Of a stretch of DNA of 64,000 nucleotides, positions 24,395-38,348 are shown piece after piece (positions within the stretch are counted from its first letter, which is position 1; each line of letters begins with the position of its first letter). A model generated the notes under the pieces. The model searched no databases and was not told the origin of the DNA. It worked only from the letters and a program-made list of their open reading frames with translations. The position numbers and the translations under genes are program-made. The stretch is from contig JBHGNT010000018.1 in NCBI GenBank assembly GCA_043228905.1, positions 11,842,001-11,906,000 on the forward strand, read 5' to 3'. Source of the DNA: Azolla caroliniana. Its lineage: Eukaryota; Plantae; Polypodiophyta.

Positions 24395-24837
24395 TGTTAC
24401 CCGGCCGACAAAGGAGTTAAAGACCAGAATGTGAAAGGCATTGTTTATTCGGAATCTATTATAATTAAGTAGTTTATGAGACGTGAGCGGACGGACCAGA
24501 ATCGGTATGCCGATCCGGATCCGGACCGGTTTCGAACAGGTGCCAGTTGGCACTGTTTTGTACTCAGCACAGGTGACCTATATAAAGGCCCAATTATAAT
24601 CTAAAACTTTGATGGATAATTAATAGAGCTTCTTGTTTTATCTTTAAGTGTTGATTACCGTTTTGTGATAATTGTTCTATCATACGCGTGTATCAAGTCT
24701 AATGCCATATTGTTGAGTAACCAATTAAAGTCTGAGTAATCGTTGGGTCTTAAGTTATCTTACCATAACACCCCTTTGGTGAAGTGTCTCCTGTAGACAC
24801 CCTGTGTTAGGCCATTGCCCGGCCCTAAGGAATAACA
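24395..24837 (+). repeat. 3' LTR of gypsy A (443 bp)
   Basis: TGTTAC...AATAACA termini; TATATAAA near 24579; same family as the solo LTR at 41243-41661. Confidence 0.85.
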
Positions 24838-27607
24838 AAGAGCCGGCAAGTAGTGGAGACTCGGCCATGCATTCCCCACGCGGGAAGCCGATGAGACGGC
24901 TTACGCGCAAGGAAAAGGGAAGAAGAAGGCGTCGGATTACGGCACGGATAGGAACGAGTCGGATCGACACGAGTCCGACTTTGAGGGGAGTGATGACGGG
25001 TCTTCGAGAGCGAACTCCGCATCGGCCAAGAAAGCCTCAACATCGGCTAATGAGCAATTACGCCGATCTACCCGGCAGAAGAACCCTGTTGTGGGGTTCA
25101 GCTATAATGAGTACATGACGCACCATTAGATGTACATGACACGAGTGGCGGAAGTGGGTGAGCCGGAGAGCTATGTAGAAGCGGTGAAAGATGCGAACTG
25201 GCGTGCTGCAATGGAGAAAGAGATATGCGCATTGGCAAAAAATGAAACCTGGGACCTAGTTGACGCACCGAAAGGTGTCAAGCCGATCGAATGTAGGTGG
25301 GTGTACAAGGTCAAGTACAACACTGACAGCTTAGTCAACCGATACAAGGCCTGGTTAGTAGCAAAAGGCTACGCGCAACAACACGGCATCGACTACGATG
25401 AGATGTTTGTGCCGGTCGCAAAGATGAAGACTATCCGTGTTTTGCTTGCGGTAGTTGCGGCAAAGGGGTGGCACTTACATCAGATGGATGTAAAGAATGT
25501 GTTCTTGCAAGTGAGCTTGAGGAACAGGTGTACATGGTCCAGCCCCCCGGATTTCACTCTGGAACGAACACTTCGGCGGTGTGCCGATTGAAGAAGTCCC
25601 TTTACGGACTAAAGCAAGCCTCGTGTGCCTGGAACGTGAAGATCACATAGCAACTGTGTCAGATGGGCTTTGCGACGTCGAAATCAAACTCCTCACTGTT
25701 CATCCGGAAAGGTCGACTCGGGCCGGTTAGTATTTTACTTTATGTTGATGACTTGGTCATCACCGGCGCCGACCTAAGTGATATTGACTGCGTGAAGCTC
25801 TAGCTTGTGGCATCATTCGACATGAAGGATCTAGGAGACCTTCATTACTTCCTTGGGATCGAAGTGATCCGTGCCCCGAAGGCATATTGATCAGCCAACG
25901 TCATTACGCGCTGAATATGCTCTTCAAGTTCGGGATGGCAAACTATAAACCCATCTCGACCCCTTTGGATAGAAACGCAAAGCTTCGCCGAGATTCGGGG
26001 AAGCCATGCGACCCGACACGGTTTCGATAGATTGTCGGAAGCCTTATCTATTTGACTATTACTTGGCCGGATCTTAGTTATCCAATCGGCCTAATCAGTC
26101 AATTCATGTCGTAGCCTACGGTCGAACACTTTTAGTGTGCACAAAGGATATTGCGATATGTCAGTGGCACGAAAGACATGGCGTTGTTTTATCAGGCAGG
26201 CGTAGCCGAACAGTTGGTTGGCTACACGGATGCCGATTGGGCTAGAAACGCCCATGATCGTAGATCCACATCTGGATACGCATTCTCTCTAGGAAGGGCG
26301 GCAATCGTGTGGAGTAGTAAGAACCAGCCGACAGTAGCATTGTTGAGCATGGAGGCCGAATATCGAGGGGCGACTGTCGCTACATGCGAAGTCATTTGGC
26401 TAAAACGGCTATTACGGGATCTGCATGTGGAGGTATCCGATCCGACGATGATCTATTGTGACAACCTCAATAGTATCCACCTTGCGAAAAACCTCGTGTT
26501 CCACACCCAGACCAAGCACATTGAGGTACATTACCATTTTGTCCGTGAGCGTGTCCTCTACGGTGAAGTCGAACTTCAATATGTTCTGACGGATCGGTAG
26601 ACCGCCCACATCTTCACCAAGCCTCTTGGTCTAGACAAGTTATAGCGATTCTCGGGTGTGGTTGGGTTGCATCAGCTTGATGTGCCACACTTGAGGGCGA
26701 GAGACGTCCCAAATGACCACGGAAGGGAGAGAGAAGTTCCGGAAGACCGCGATGCCGAGTCGGATGACGAATTTGATTTCAGATCGGCTAAAGAAGCCGA
26801 GGGCAAATCAGCGGAAGATTCCGAAAGCGGATATAAGGGGAGCAGTCGAAAGAAAGAGCCGAAGCCAACCGAAAATGAGTTGGAGACAGCCAACTCGGAC
26901 GAGAGTGAAAACCGATCGGAGGAAGCCAAGTCGGTTCGGATGTTTGATTCAGATACGCTGAATCAACCAAGGGCCAAGCGGAAGAGAAGGCAGCAAAAGA
27001 AGCGCCAACACCGCAATAGCAAGGAAGCTGAGAAGGGCCGTGTGAGCAGACAAGCCGACCGGAAGGGTCGAGGTGCACGGAATCGAATAGGTCGAGGAGC
27101 GTGAGCAAGGCGTGAAGCCAGAAGGAACCGGAGTGTAGATCCGGAAGAGCAGATGGAACCTCAAGTTGAGCTTGAGGGGGAGTGTTGAGATACAAGCTCT
27201 ACATTGGCCGGATTGGTTGTGCAAGCCGAGAACCGGATCGGTTGGGATCGATCGCTTAGGCCGGACCGGTGCGTAAACCGGGTGCGCAGACCAGTGCACA
27301 ACGAGAAGCCGTAGCGGTGCGTAAACCGCAAGGCCGTTGGAAAGATATTCTGCGTAGGAATATATTTTGGGAGTTAGTGTAGAGCTCATTTATGAGCATT
27401 GAAGTACGTGTCAGTACTTCTGTCAGTCCGTATGGACTCGTATGAAAGTGCTCACTAAGCACATCCTATGTACAGATTGAGTATTATCTTTGAATTTAAT
27501 TTTTGGTGCTTTGTCGCTCCCGCGTATTGTGTATATTCTAAGTTCTCCATTAAACCTGTGTTTCTATGTTCGGTTTTCTATTGCTTCCGCATGCTATTCT
27601 TTTCACA
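24838..27607 (+). mobile_element. Copia B: 3' half of a copia A-family element (target of gypsy A), degenerate
   Basis: Integrase tail [11 protein letters not shown], RNase H, extension 26658-27188, PPT at 27165-27182, 3' LTR at 27183-27607. Confidence 0.92.
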
Positions 27608-27703
27608 ATTGCTAATTATTCATCTCATATGTGGGTTTTACACTCTAGGCCAATTGCTGATCTACAGTGGGATCCATCAAATTATGGTTGGAAGCTGATT
27701 GAC

Positions 27704-29040
27704 AATGGTGTAGGGGGATGAAGCATAATTTCTTGAGGGGATTAGGAGAGTAATCTCATTCTGTTTTTTGATACAGGTTCTCGATGGTATAAATCGAGAT
27801 GGTTGATGTCGTCATTGAAGAAAATTGTCTATTTTTTAAGGATAAGAGAATTATGGTGGTGTTGGGGGTTGAAGCAATGTTTTTTATGAGGGGATGACGA
27901 TAGCACATTCACTCTAATTTTTTTGGAATAAAAGGACTGCACAGATGGTTGATGTGGAAAACGAAGAAACTTGGAGAGGATGAGGATAACACATTTCTGT
28001 AGAGGTTCTTTGTGGTATAAATCGAGATGGTTGATGTGGTCATTGAAGCAAATTCTTTATTTTTAAAGGATGAGTGAATCATGGTGGTGTTGGGGGTTGA
28101 AGCAATGTTTTTATGAGGGGATGAGGATAGCACAATCACTTTTTTTTTTTTTTTGTATAGGACTTCAATGGCAAACAAACAGATGGTTGATGTGGAAAAT
28201 GAAGAAAATTGTAAAGGATGAGTGATGTTGGTGTCAGAGAAGAAGCGCAATTTCAAGAGGGGATTAAGAGAGTAGTGTCATTATGTTTTTGTTTGGTATG
28301 TAAAGGTTTTGCTATGATATGGCGATATGGTTGTTGAAGACGTCTCTGTGTAGTAATCGGTGACATGTTGGTTGGGGAAAAGGAAGCATGCTTCACTCTA
28401 TTTTTTATTTATTTATTGTTTGTATATGACTGCACAGATGGTTGATGTGGAAAACAAAGAAACTTGGAGAGTATGAGGATAGCACATTTCTGTAGAGGAT
28501 GAGTGACGATGGTGTAGGGGGATGAAGCATAATTTCAAGAGGGGATTAGGACAGGGATCTCATTCTGTTCTTTTGGTATAGGTTCTCGGTGGTATAAATC
28601 GAGATGGTTGTTGTGGTCGTTGAAGCAAATTCTATATTTTTTAAGGATGAGTAAATCATGGTGGTGTTGGGGGCTGAAGCAATGGTTTTATGAGGGGATG
28701 ATGATAGCACATTCACTCTATTTTTTGTTTGTACAAGACTTCAATGGCAAACGAACAGACAGTTGATGTGGAAAACGAAGAAAATTGTAAGGATGAGTGA
28801 CGCTGGTGTCAAGGGAAGAAGCGGAATTTCATGAGGGGATTAAGAGAGTAGTGGCATTATGTTTTTTTCTGGTATGTACAGGTTTTCCTATGCTATGGCG
28901 AGATGGTTGTTGTGGACGTTTGTGGTAGTCGGTGACATGTTGGTTGGGGAAAAGGAAGCATGTTTTCTTTGTTTGAAAAGCATGAGTGATGACGTTGTTG
29001 GGGGTTGAAGCAAACTTTTATGAGGGGACGATGAAAGTAG
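27704..29040. repeat. Mosaic of diverged direct repeats
   Basis: 27704-27915 resembles 28509-28720; about 28015-28390 resembles 28590-28965; recurring AGATGGTTGATGTGGAAAA. Confidence 0.7.
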
Positions 29041-29049
29041 AAGCATTTT

Positions 29050-29948
29050 CTTTTGCAGGTGTCTGTTGTATTCGGCGAAGTATATTCCGAATTATTATAT
29101 CCAGAAGACTACGATTCAGAACTTCAACGGAATGCAAGTACACACATGTTGAAGGAAACAACTATAGGGCAACAGGGAAGGTTTGGTTTGTACATATGCA
29201 ACACCTACAGATTATGTTGTCTTTGTGCTTCCGAAAGCTTGTGCTAAACTAAAAGTTGTGGAAAATGGGCAGTGGAGAGTAATGTTTTTTATTTAATGGA
29301 TATGTATTCAAAAGTTGGTGGGATAGATCAAGTCAGAGATGTAGTCAATAAGGTCTCGTTTCGTGATGTGGTGCCATGGAAGGCATTAATAGCACGACTG
29401 GTCTTCATGATAGTTGGAAGGTTTACAACATATGCAATGTCAAGGGATCATCTCAGATGAATAGTTGACATGTTGGATCACTTGAAAAAGAAAAAAGAGG
29501 AGCAACGTGAGGATGCGTTGATCAAGTCAAGAAGATGCAACATCAACAAAGTTCTGGAGATGAAATCACAGACATGAACAGTTTGTTATGCTTCCCGTTC
29601 AAAAGATAGTCTACTGCAATGTTCTCATTACAGAATATGCTTCCAATTCAAAACTAGGTTGAATCTTCTGTCACAGTTGTAGGTACTATAAAAGATAAAG
29701 CTGCTACTCGCATTGGAGCATTAGAAAAGGGCAGAGAAATGCATGTAAAGACTGAGGACATGGGCAGGCTGAAGAGAAACCAGGACATGGGCAGGCTGAA
29801 GAGAAACCAGGTTGTTGGTAATGCATTGTTTGATCTATATGATACGTGTGGATTCTTACAGAAAGTACATGAACTGTTGCAGATGCTTCCATTTCGAAAG
29901 ATAGTCTCCTGCAATGTTTTCATTATAGTTCAGTGTTTAAGCCAATGA
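29050..29948 (+). pseudogene. Degenerate PLS-type pentatricopeptide repeat (PPR) gene fragments
   Basis: LMDMYSKVGGIDQVRDVVNKVSFRDVVPWKALIA and GALEKGREMH...VVGNALFDLYDTCGFLQKV...LPFRKIVSCN match PPR consensus; many stops; 27-bp duplication at about 29756-29810. Confidence 0.75.
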
Positions 29949-30129
29949 TTATAGGTGATGGAAAGAACATTCTTGTAGGCGTTCACCATTCTTTGTACTT
30001 TTATACTTTGACTCTTTGTAGTTTTTATTGGTCTACATGACTACATCCTTTATAAGGTTGTTAGTGTAATCATTTTGTCATGGATGTACAAGTTCTACTA
30101 ATGAAGAAGATGTTTTTTTGGAAAAAAAA

Positions 30130-30130
30130 T

Positions 30131-30162
<32 letters not shown>

Positions 30163-30592
30163 CATGTAACAATGTATAAAAGACTATAGGTATGTCCATG
30201 TATGAATGTACATATGTGTATGCATATATGCATATGTCATGTATGTATGTATGTATGTGTATGCATATATGCATATGTAAATGTACATGATTCAATGTGT
30301 GTGGATGTGTGATTGTAATATGTGCATAATATATATGTATATTTCGAATGTATATATGTGTATGTATATGTAGCAATGTATAAATGAATATATGTATGTC
30401 CATGTATGAATGTACATATGGTATGCATATATCCATATGTAATGTATGTATGTATATATACATGCATGCATGCATGCATGCATGTATGTATGTATGTATG
30501 TATGTATGTATGTATACATGCATGCATGCATGTATGTATATATACATGTATGTATGCATGCATGCATGCATGTATGTATGTATGTATGTATG

Positions 30593-30660
<68 letters not shown>

Positions 30661-31578
30661 TGTGTGTATGTATGTTTAGGCATATATCCATATGACAATG
30701 TACATGATTCAATGTGTATGGATGTGTGATTGTAATATGTGCATAATATTAATGTTATATCTAATGTATGTATATGTAGCAATTTATAAATGAATATAGG
30801 TATGTCCATGTACGAATGTACATATGTGTATGCATATGTAATGTAGGTATGTGTATGCATATATCCATACGTCAATGTATATGAATGTGTGATTGTAATA
30901 TATGCATATGCAATGTATGTATGTACATGCATGAACATACATATGTGTAGATATGTAACAATGTATATGAATGTGTGATTGTAATATATGCATGTGCAAT
31001 GTATATATGTAAATGCATGAATGTATGTATGTGTAATAGTGTAATAGTGTATGCATATATGCATACATGAGTGTGTGGATGTTTGTTCGTAATATTAATG
31101 TATGTCTATGTATATATGTATGTATTGTAGCTTGTGATGATATGTATGTACATACGTAATGTATGTATCTATGTGTATGTAATGTATTTATGTGTATGGA
31201 TGTATGTTTGTAAAACTTATAACATTGTAGGCATATGTACGTATATATATGGTGATATGTGGAATATGTATGTACATATGTAATGTATGTATATGTATGC
31301 ATGTATGTATATGTCAATATATATGATTCAATGAGTATGAATGTGTTTGTAATATGTGCATAATATGTATGTATGTGTGTGTGTGTGTATGTGGTCATAT
31401 GTATGTAAATGTATGAATGTATGTATGTGTAGATATGTAATGTATTTATGCATGTATATTTTTGGGATATCTTCATGATTAGTATGTATATGGCTCGTAT
31501 ATGGATGTATGTTTGTAATATGTACGTAATATGCATGCATGTATATATCCAATGTATGTGTAAGTATACATTTATCTA

Positions 31579-31659
<81 letters not shown>

Positions 31660-32215
31660 AGTATTGTGGTTTGTATGGTCCAATATAATCTATATATATG
31701 GTGATATGTGGAATATGTATATATAATTTATGTATGTGTAAATTTATATATTGTGTAATAGGTATGGATTATATGCTATGTATAATTTATTTATGTGTGT
31801 GTGCACGTGTATATATATGTAACTTGTTTGTAAGTATGAAGATTTGTATACATATAATATGCAATCTTAGGTATTAATATGTATGTGTATGTGTACATAT
31901 ATAATATGTAATCTAATTTTTTGTGTTTCGTATGCATATATGCATTTGTGTATGTATATATGTAATATGTAATTTTATTGTATGTATTATGCATATATGT
32001 ATGTCAATACATATATATGTTTTTACTTTCGATGAATGGGTAAATACCCCATTTTTGTTGTAAACCAATTATCTCATGGGCCAATTTTGGTCTTAGATGA
32101 CGCTAATATTTCTTTCTTTCTTTCTTTCAATATATGTGGCTGATTCTAATATGCATGCAGTATGTAATGCATGTATGCATGTGTATGTACATATTTACAT
32201 ATGGTAATATATATT
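30130..32215. repeat. Compound microsatellite / low-complexity tract (TATG)n, (TG)n, (CATG)n
   Basis: Seen directly; pure (TG)n at about 31580-31650. Confidence 0.95.
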
Positions 32216-32776
32216 GTGAAATGCACATAAGAGATCAAAATCAGTCTAGTTAGCTTCTTACTTCTTAATCAATTTATAGTTAACACAACGAAACCCATTT
32301 GGGTTGGCTTGGCTAGAAAGGGTCAACTTGGGTACGTGCATCCTAAAAAGGGTGAGCTAAAAGGGTGGCACAAAGGAACACGTGCACACCACATTTCCCC
32401 TTATGAGAAACAAGAGATTGAGGGGCATGAACAAGAACATGACAGGTACATGAACAAGAACAAGAACAAGAACAGTGGCTTGTCGAAGGAGGGGGAACAT
32501 TTGATGGCAGGTTTCAAATGGAAATCCATGGAGGATTCTAGTGTGAGGCGAGGGTTTCGCCCATAGAGTGCTCGAAAAGGGTTGATTTATGCAGCCATCT
32601 CGTGTTTGAGGGTCTTGTTGAGGCGTTCGGTGAAGATGGCGTGGGGATGTAACCATCTACGAACACGTAGTTGAGTTGCAAAGACGTTGAGGACATCCCC
32701 GTGGAACTATCGGCTTTGATAGTTGGACGGGGCTAGTGATGGAAAACGAGCTATCAATCAGCGAATAGAGATCAAT

Positions 32777-33015
32777 CACTCCTGTGGACGGAGGGCCAGT
32801 TGCACTTTGCTGAGGTCGGGGACATGAGGGCTATCGTGTCAGAGGCTCCTGTGGACTAAGGGCTAGCTGGACTTGGTTGAGGTGGGGGACAGGAGGGCTA
32901 TCGTGTCAGAGGGGGGTCGGGGAAAAGATCATTTGGCAAAGAAAGATCAATCACTCTTGTGGACTAAGGGCTAGTTGGACTTGGTTGAGGTGGGGGACAT
33001 GAGGGCTATCGTGTA
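32777..33015. repeat. Three diverged copies of an about 57-bp motif (CTCCTGTGGACTAAGGGCTAG...GAGGGCTATCGTG)
   Basis: Copies start near 32779, 32846, 32953. Confidence 0.8.
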
Positions 33016-36000
33016 GGAGGGGGATCAGAGAAACTCATGGGACAAGCAGTTAGTGGGCAACCTAAGGTAAGGGGGAAGAGTTGGTGGGGCAAGACATAAA
33101 AGTGGTGTGAGAAAGTGAGAGTGTCTAAGGTGAAGGTGTAGTGGGCTTGCGTGCTTCCTATTGTCTTTGTCAGCCCGTAACAACTGAAGTTCGGCTGCTT
33201 GTGTCCACCAGGTTTTCTAGCCCTTATCGATGGACTCATTCACCATTTTCAATTTTTTCTTCGGTTATACTTGCCTGAAACTATGTTGCTGCCAATGTTC
33301 TTCGTAAATCATCAATTTGAGCATTATTTTCTGCTTCTGTCTGCAACACCTTGTTTTGCGCGAGTAATAGGTCAAGTTGCCTTTTTTCAAACACAACTTC
33401 CTCTTCTGAACACCGTCTTTCCAGAATTTCCTTATCTACTTCCCATTCTTCCTGTTGTTTGTTATATTTTTCGTTGATTTCCTTCAGCAAGGTGTCTTTT
33501 CCGACCATCTTCTGCAAAATATTCTGTTTGTACATTTACATATTCTTCAAGCTCCTCCACTTGTTGCTCAGTGTTTTGGTGCGTGGCTTCCTGTTGCTGT
33601 GCTAACTTTCGGTGCAGATGTTGAATTAATTCATCCTTTGCATCGAGCCATTTTCCGATTTTCATCTTTGCCAGTTGTATCCAATCCTCCAGTTTCTTGG
33701 ATCGGATTTCAGCTTTTTTGAGTCTAGCTTCCACCGCCTTGAATGCTGCTTCTACTTGTTGTAGCTTTTGTTGCAATTCTTGATCAACCTCCAAAGGTCT
33801 GCTTGACTCCTTCTGCAACAATTCATACCTTGTTTTCTGTGGTTGGTCTTTTGTTTGTCGGAGTTGTTCTATCAACTACAGGTTTTCAGTTTTCATGTTT
33901 GTACATTGTGCATGTAGTACTTTAGACGTCGTTGCTAATTTTTTGTATAAATCAGCCATATCTTTGGCTGCTTGGCTAGCCTTATCATATTCTCTATGTA
34001 CTTCTACCAGAGCCTCATGTAATGGTGGCATCTGTATAGCCTCGCCCCTGTTTCTCACACTACGTTGTCTGCCGATTCGATCCAATTTCTTGTTGTTCTT
34101 CTGGCTCGATAGCTCTATTCAATGATTTTTGGGTTCCGTTGTTGAGAGTTTCCGACTAGCGTAATACATTGGTCTATACCAGTTTGGTTCAGATAACTGC
34201 ATAAGTGCATTGCCGATTGCTATATCAGATGCATCAACGAACACATGGAAGGGTTTATTCTAGTCAGGTGGTTGAACCACCAAAACTTTAGATAGCATTT
34301 TCTTGAGACACTCGTACGCCTCCTGTTCCACACTTGTCCATTGAAAAGGAACTTTATGCACCTTTGTGTATAGAGGAATGACAACATCCGTAAGATATCT
34401 AATCATCCTGCTATGCCATCTAATCTGCCCCAAGAACCGACTACCGCCCTTAACGTTTGTAGGTGCTAGTCTTCTAATATGGTCCTGACCTTGTTTGGGT
34501 CAACTGCAATTCCTTCTTGGCCGACAATATGGCCTAACAGTGCCCCACTAGTAACTCCGAACCCGCATTTTGCCGGATTCAAGCTGAGCCGACTTTTCTG
34601 ACATTGCTCCAAACATAGTTGTAAATGTTCGAAATGTTCCGCTTTCCAACTATACACGGCGAAATCATCCAGGAAAACTTGCATAAATGCGGGAATGTAT
34701 TCCACAAAGATTTCCTGTATAACCCTTTGAAATGTGGTCGGAGCTATTTTTAATCAGAACATCATTACTACTGCCACAAATACTCCCCATTCAGTAACGC
34801 AGGCTGTCTTTTCTTGATCCTCCGGATGCATCCTTACCTGATTATATCCACTAAATCCATCCAGGAAACTATACATTTCATGACCAGCGACTGCATCCAA
34901 TATCCCATCTGTAAACGGTTCGTTACTGTTGCTGCATTTAGTTTCCGATAGTCGACGTATAGTCGAATTTTTCCATTCTTTTTCGGAACAACTACAATCG
35001 GACGAATAAACCCTACCTTCAGGAGTTTATCTATTTCCTCTTTAACTTTAATTGCATAATTGGGATTAAAACGATACCTGCGTTGTTGAATTGGTTTCGC
35101 ATCTTTATGCAAGTTAATTTGGTGTTGGCAGAAAGCCGGATCTAACCCTTTCATGTCTTCAAAAGACCAAGCAAAAACATCTTTATATTGCTTTAGTAAC
35201 CCAAGTAACCTTTGTTTATCCGCCACTCTCATATCTTTAGCCAACAACACTGTTTTTGGTTCAAACCCCTTATCATCTTCTGCCAAATTTACTTCCTCCA
35301 ATGCCGAAGCCTGAACCTATTGAGATACCTTCATTTCTCTTTCGGTAGCTTCCTGCTGCATTCAGATTTCTTTCATTGTTTGCTCATCTAATGGTAATTC
35401 CTCTTGTGAATCCATGTACGGTGTCAGGGTTTGTAATATGTCTACTTCGAACAAATGGATAATTTTTGGGTTATCATTAAAATAATGATTCTCTTTTCGA
35501 CCTCATCTAGTCCTTCAATCATATTTACGGCCTCTACATGAATTGGCAAACATTGTTTGCTCGTCGTAATCTTATTCTGAGTAGATACCCGGATTTTCGT
35601 CTTGCCTTTCCAGAATGTTAATAAATTCTAATTCTAATTTTGCTTAATATTAGTAGTTTTTAACCATGGTCGACCTAATAGCAAAGGATCTCCTCCAGGA
35701 GCTTCCAAATGAAGCATCACTGCAGATATTTGAAAAGTGTGACCTCCTAATACGACATCCAACTGTCGCAGTAACTTGATTGGTCGTACCGTACTAGTAT
35801 CAGCCATCCTTAGCCAAAATGGACATCCTTCCCATTTGGTAATGCCAAGCCTATCACAAGTAGTTCTATTAATTACAGTCACGTCTGAGCCACCATCGAC
35901 AATAGCACCTTTATTTCTTGCCCATGGATTATGACCTTAATAGAAGGATTTTGTTCATCCATAATTGAAGGATTATTACTTGGGTAATTATAGTGAACGT

Positions 36001-37680
36001 CTACCTGTTCCGTCCCTTTTTGGGCAATTAATGTCGCCACTTTCTCTGTGAACCTAGGAACTAATTTGAGTAATCTCGTCAAAGGTAATGATACTTGGCA
36101 ATCCGCCAAAATTTTCCAAGTTTCTTCTTATTCTGGTATGACCATAACTCCGGGCAATTCATTAGCTTGATTAATCTCATTATCTTGGAGCATTCAGGAC
36201 AGTGTCACATTGTTTTTATTCGCTTCTTCTACCCATTCCTTGGCTACTTTCCGAACAGCTTCCTGAATTTCCCACTCTGATTGTTTACTTTTACTTCTGG
36301 TGGTCACTTGCAGAATTTCTGGCATGACCATGTGCACAACCGGTGTTTTTCCTTTTCCTTTAGACGGACATTGATTTGCATAATGTCCCTCTTGTCGGCA
36401 AATATAGCAAGTAGGAACAAATGTTCCACTCCCTTCGCCTTGCGCAAACTAATGATTTCCATCTTCATTAGAATCTGGGGGTTGTTGAAATTGTCGTGAT
36501 GCTTTTTGCTTATAGAATTTTTTATTCTTATAGCAATTTTGTTTAAACCGACCTCCATTGTGTTGTTGATAGTCGTTATCTTGTGCCGCCGAAACATCTT
36601 GATTCTGTTGATAATTATTTTGTCGAGCGGTTTCTTGGTACCCATTATTGAATATATGTCAGTTATTCTGGTACCCATTTTCCGGAAAAATTTGTTGTAC
36701 TGGTGTCATTGTTTTGTTAAGAAGATTATATTCACATTGCTCGACCGAATGAAGTTTAGAATGACATATTGTGCAATGTGTTCGTAAACTAAATTCTATT
36801 GCCGAATGCCTAGTATTCAAACAAGTCGTACATTGAACTGCTTGCCGAAATTGGAACTCCTCCCGAGTTGGCAACGTATGATGTAATGCCGACATATCCA
36901 TACTCCTTACATTTTTCGGATTCCGGCCCATAGCGATTGCTTTATCAATCACTTGCTCAATCATCTAATTCCGGAAATCGAACACTGCTAATGTTGTTCG
37001 TAATGGTTCATGAATTGCTTCAAGGAATACATCCTTCAATTCGTTGTTCGGAATAGGCCTGGAAATCTGGAGTTGTAAATTCTGAAAACGGATGACAAAT
37101 TGGGACGTTGTTTCATGCGGCTCCTAATACAACGCATAAAATTGCGCTATCAGATCCTTTTGAGGAATTTGACAATGAAATAATTGCAGAATTTTGATGT
37201 TGAATTGTTCAAATGTTTCGAACGCATGGAAACCATTTTGCGCAAACCAATTAGCGAACTGACCATCTATTGACAAAAGAAACTCAACAATTTTAGATTT
37301 ATCTTCGGCTACTACCAATAGCCTCAGAGCTCCATGGTTAATTTCCCATGTTGTCAAGAAATCCCTAACATGCGCTTCTGCATCAACACCTTTCCGAAAT
37401 TTAGAATACAGGTAAGGCATATTGTCTTCACTCCAGATATCGTAAAATGATATCTCGTCCTCCTGGTTTTCGTCCGACTGACTATCAGTTAAATCGGGGA
37501 GCGCAGACCACCTTCTACTTGTTTCTGGCTGTAACTCTACAGCCGAATCTTTTTCTAGTGTCTTCGTAATCAAACCTGTACGAGGACGTTTACAACTAAT
37601 TGGTGTATCTAGACCAGACGACATCCATTCGACTTGTTCTCTGCTAGCTGTAGATGTAACCGGGTGTGCCAAAATTATAC

Positions 37681-38348
37681 TGTGTTATTCGATCAACAAT
37701 AACTATTGCCGACACAGTATAGGTCAAACATTGCTTACCGAACGTTCTATCAATGAATTGTGGTTTAGATGAATAGATACTAAAATGGTTGTAAACTTAT
37801 CGATGTTCAACAGGCATCGAGATCGCTATGTACGTAATAAGTTATGACAGAAAGGAAATAGATTGACAGAGCGTTTCGTACACAGAGATTTCCTAAACTA
37901 ACTTTATATTACTAAATAAAATGATTTTCTTTACATTGCCTTCAGTTCCTTTTATAGGCAACTAGAAGGACTTCCTCATCAAGAAAATATATTGCCAAAT
38001 AGGCAAGAACTACAAATCTCTAACTAACTAAAATTCCGGTTTTTGATTTACTGCGGCAAATGCTAACTCATCTATCCTCTATACCGATCCGACTCCGACT
38101 CTGAACCTTCTACATTTCCAACTCCGACACTTCTCCACTTGTTTGGGTAATACCACTATTCTCCACAAGCTAGCTACGGTCAACTCCGTGAATCCTTCAC
38201 CATTTTCTCCATTTGTTTGAATCGAAATGGTTCATCATTGTAAGAAGATCCAGCCATACGGAAACCGTATGGAGTAACTACAACAAGTAACGTGTACTCC
38301 TTCTTCTGTAGTTTCTGGATCATCTCTCCCACATCACCGCAATACACA
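37681..38348 (-). repeat. Putative 5' LTR of gypsy B
   Basis: TGTGTATT...AATAACACA termini; CTATAAAAG near 37950; followed by PBS-like TGGCACACCCGG at 37660-37671 (Arg-type as in Tat/Ogre, inferred). Confidence 0.55.

Larger units (their letters stand above)
3077..24837 (+). mobile_element. Gypsy A: non-chromovirus Ty3/gypsy (Athila/Tat superclade-like) with an extra 3' ORF; 5' end outside the window; host to three nested insertions
   Basis: gag (3097-3289 and 9047-10280), protease IIDGGSGVN, RT FLDGFSGYN.I.MHPDDQEKTTF, RNase H FVDASN, integrase GLDFVGP / DQGGHF / ANGLAES, ORF2, and 3' LTR. Confidence 0.9.
32280..38348 (-). mobile_element. Gypsy B: degenerate relative of gypsy A, with an internal deletion (integrase lost) and no recognisable 3' LTR
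   Basis: gag DAEAHV...WE.NH and FRQAVQCTTC match gypsy A; protease, RT FMQVFLDDF, partial RNase H fused near 34130 to coiled-coil ORFs 33281-34085; left boundary approximate. Confidence 0.85.

Noticed and set aside
30098-31994. His/Thr/Tyr-rich and Cys/Met/Val-rich ORFs
   Set aside because: Translation artefacts of (TATG)n/(TG)n repeats
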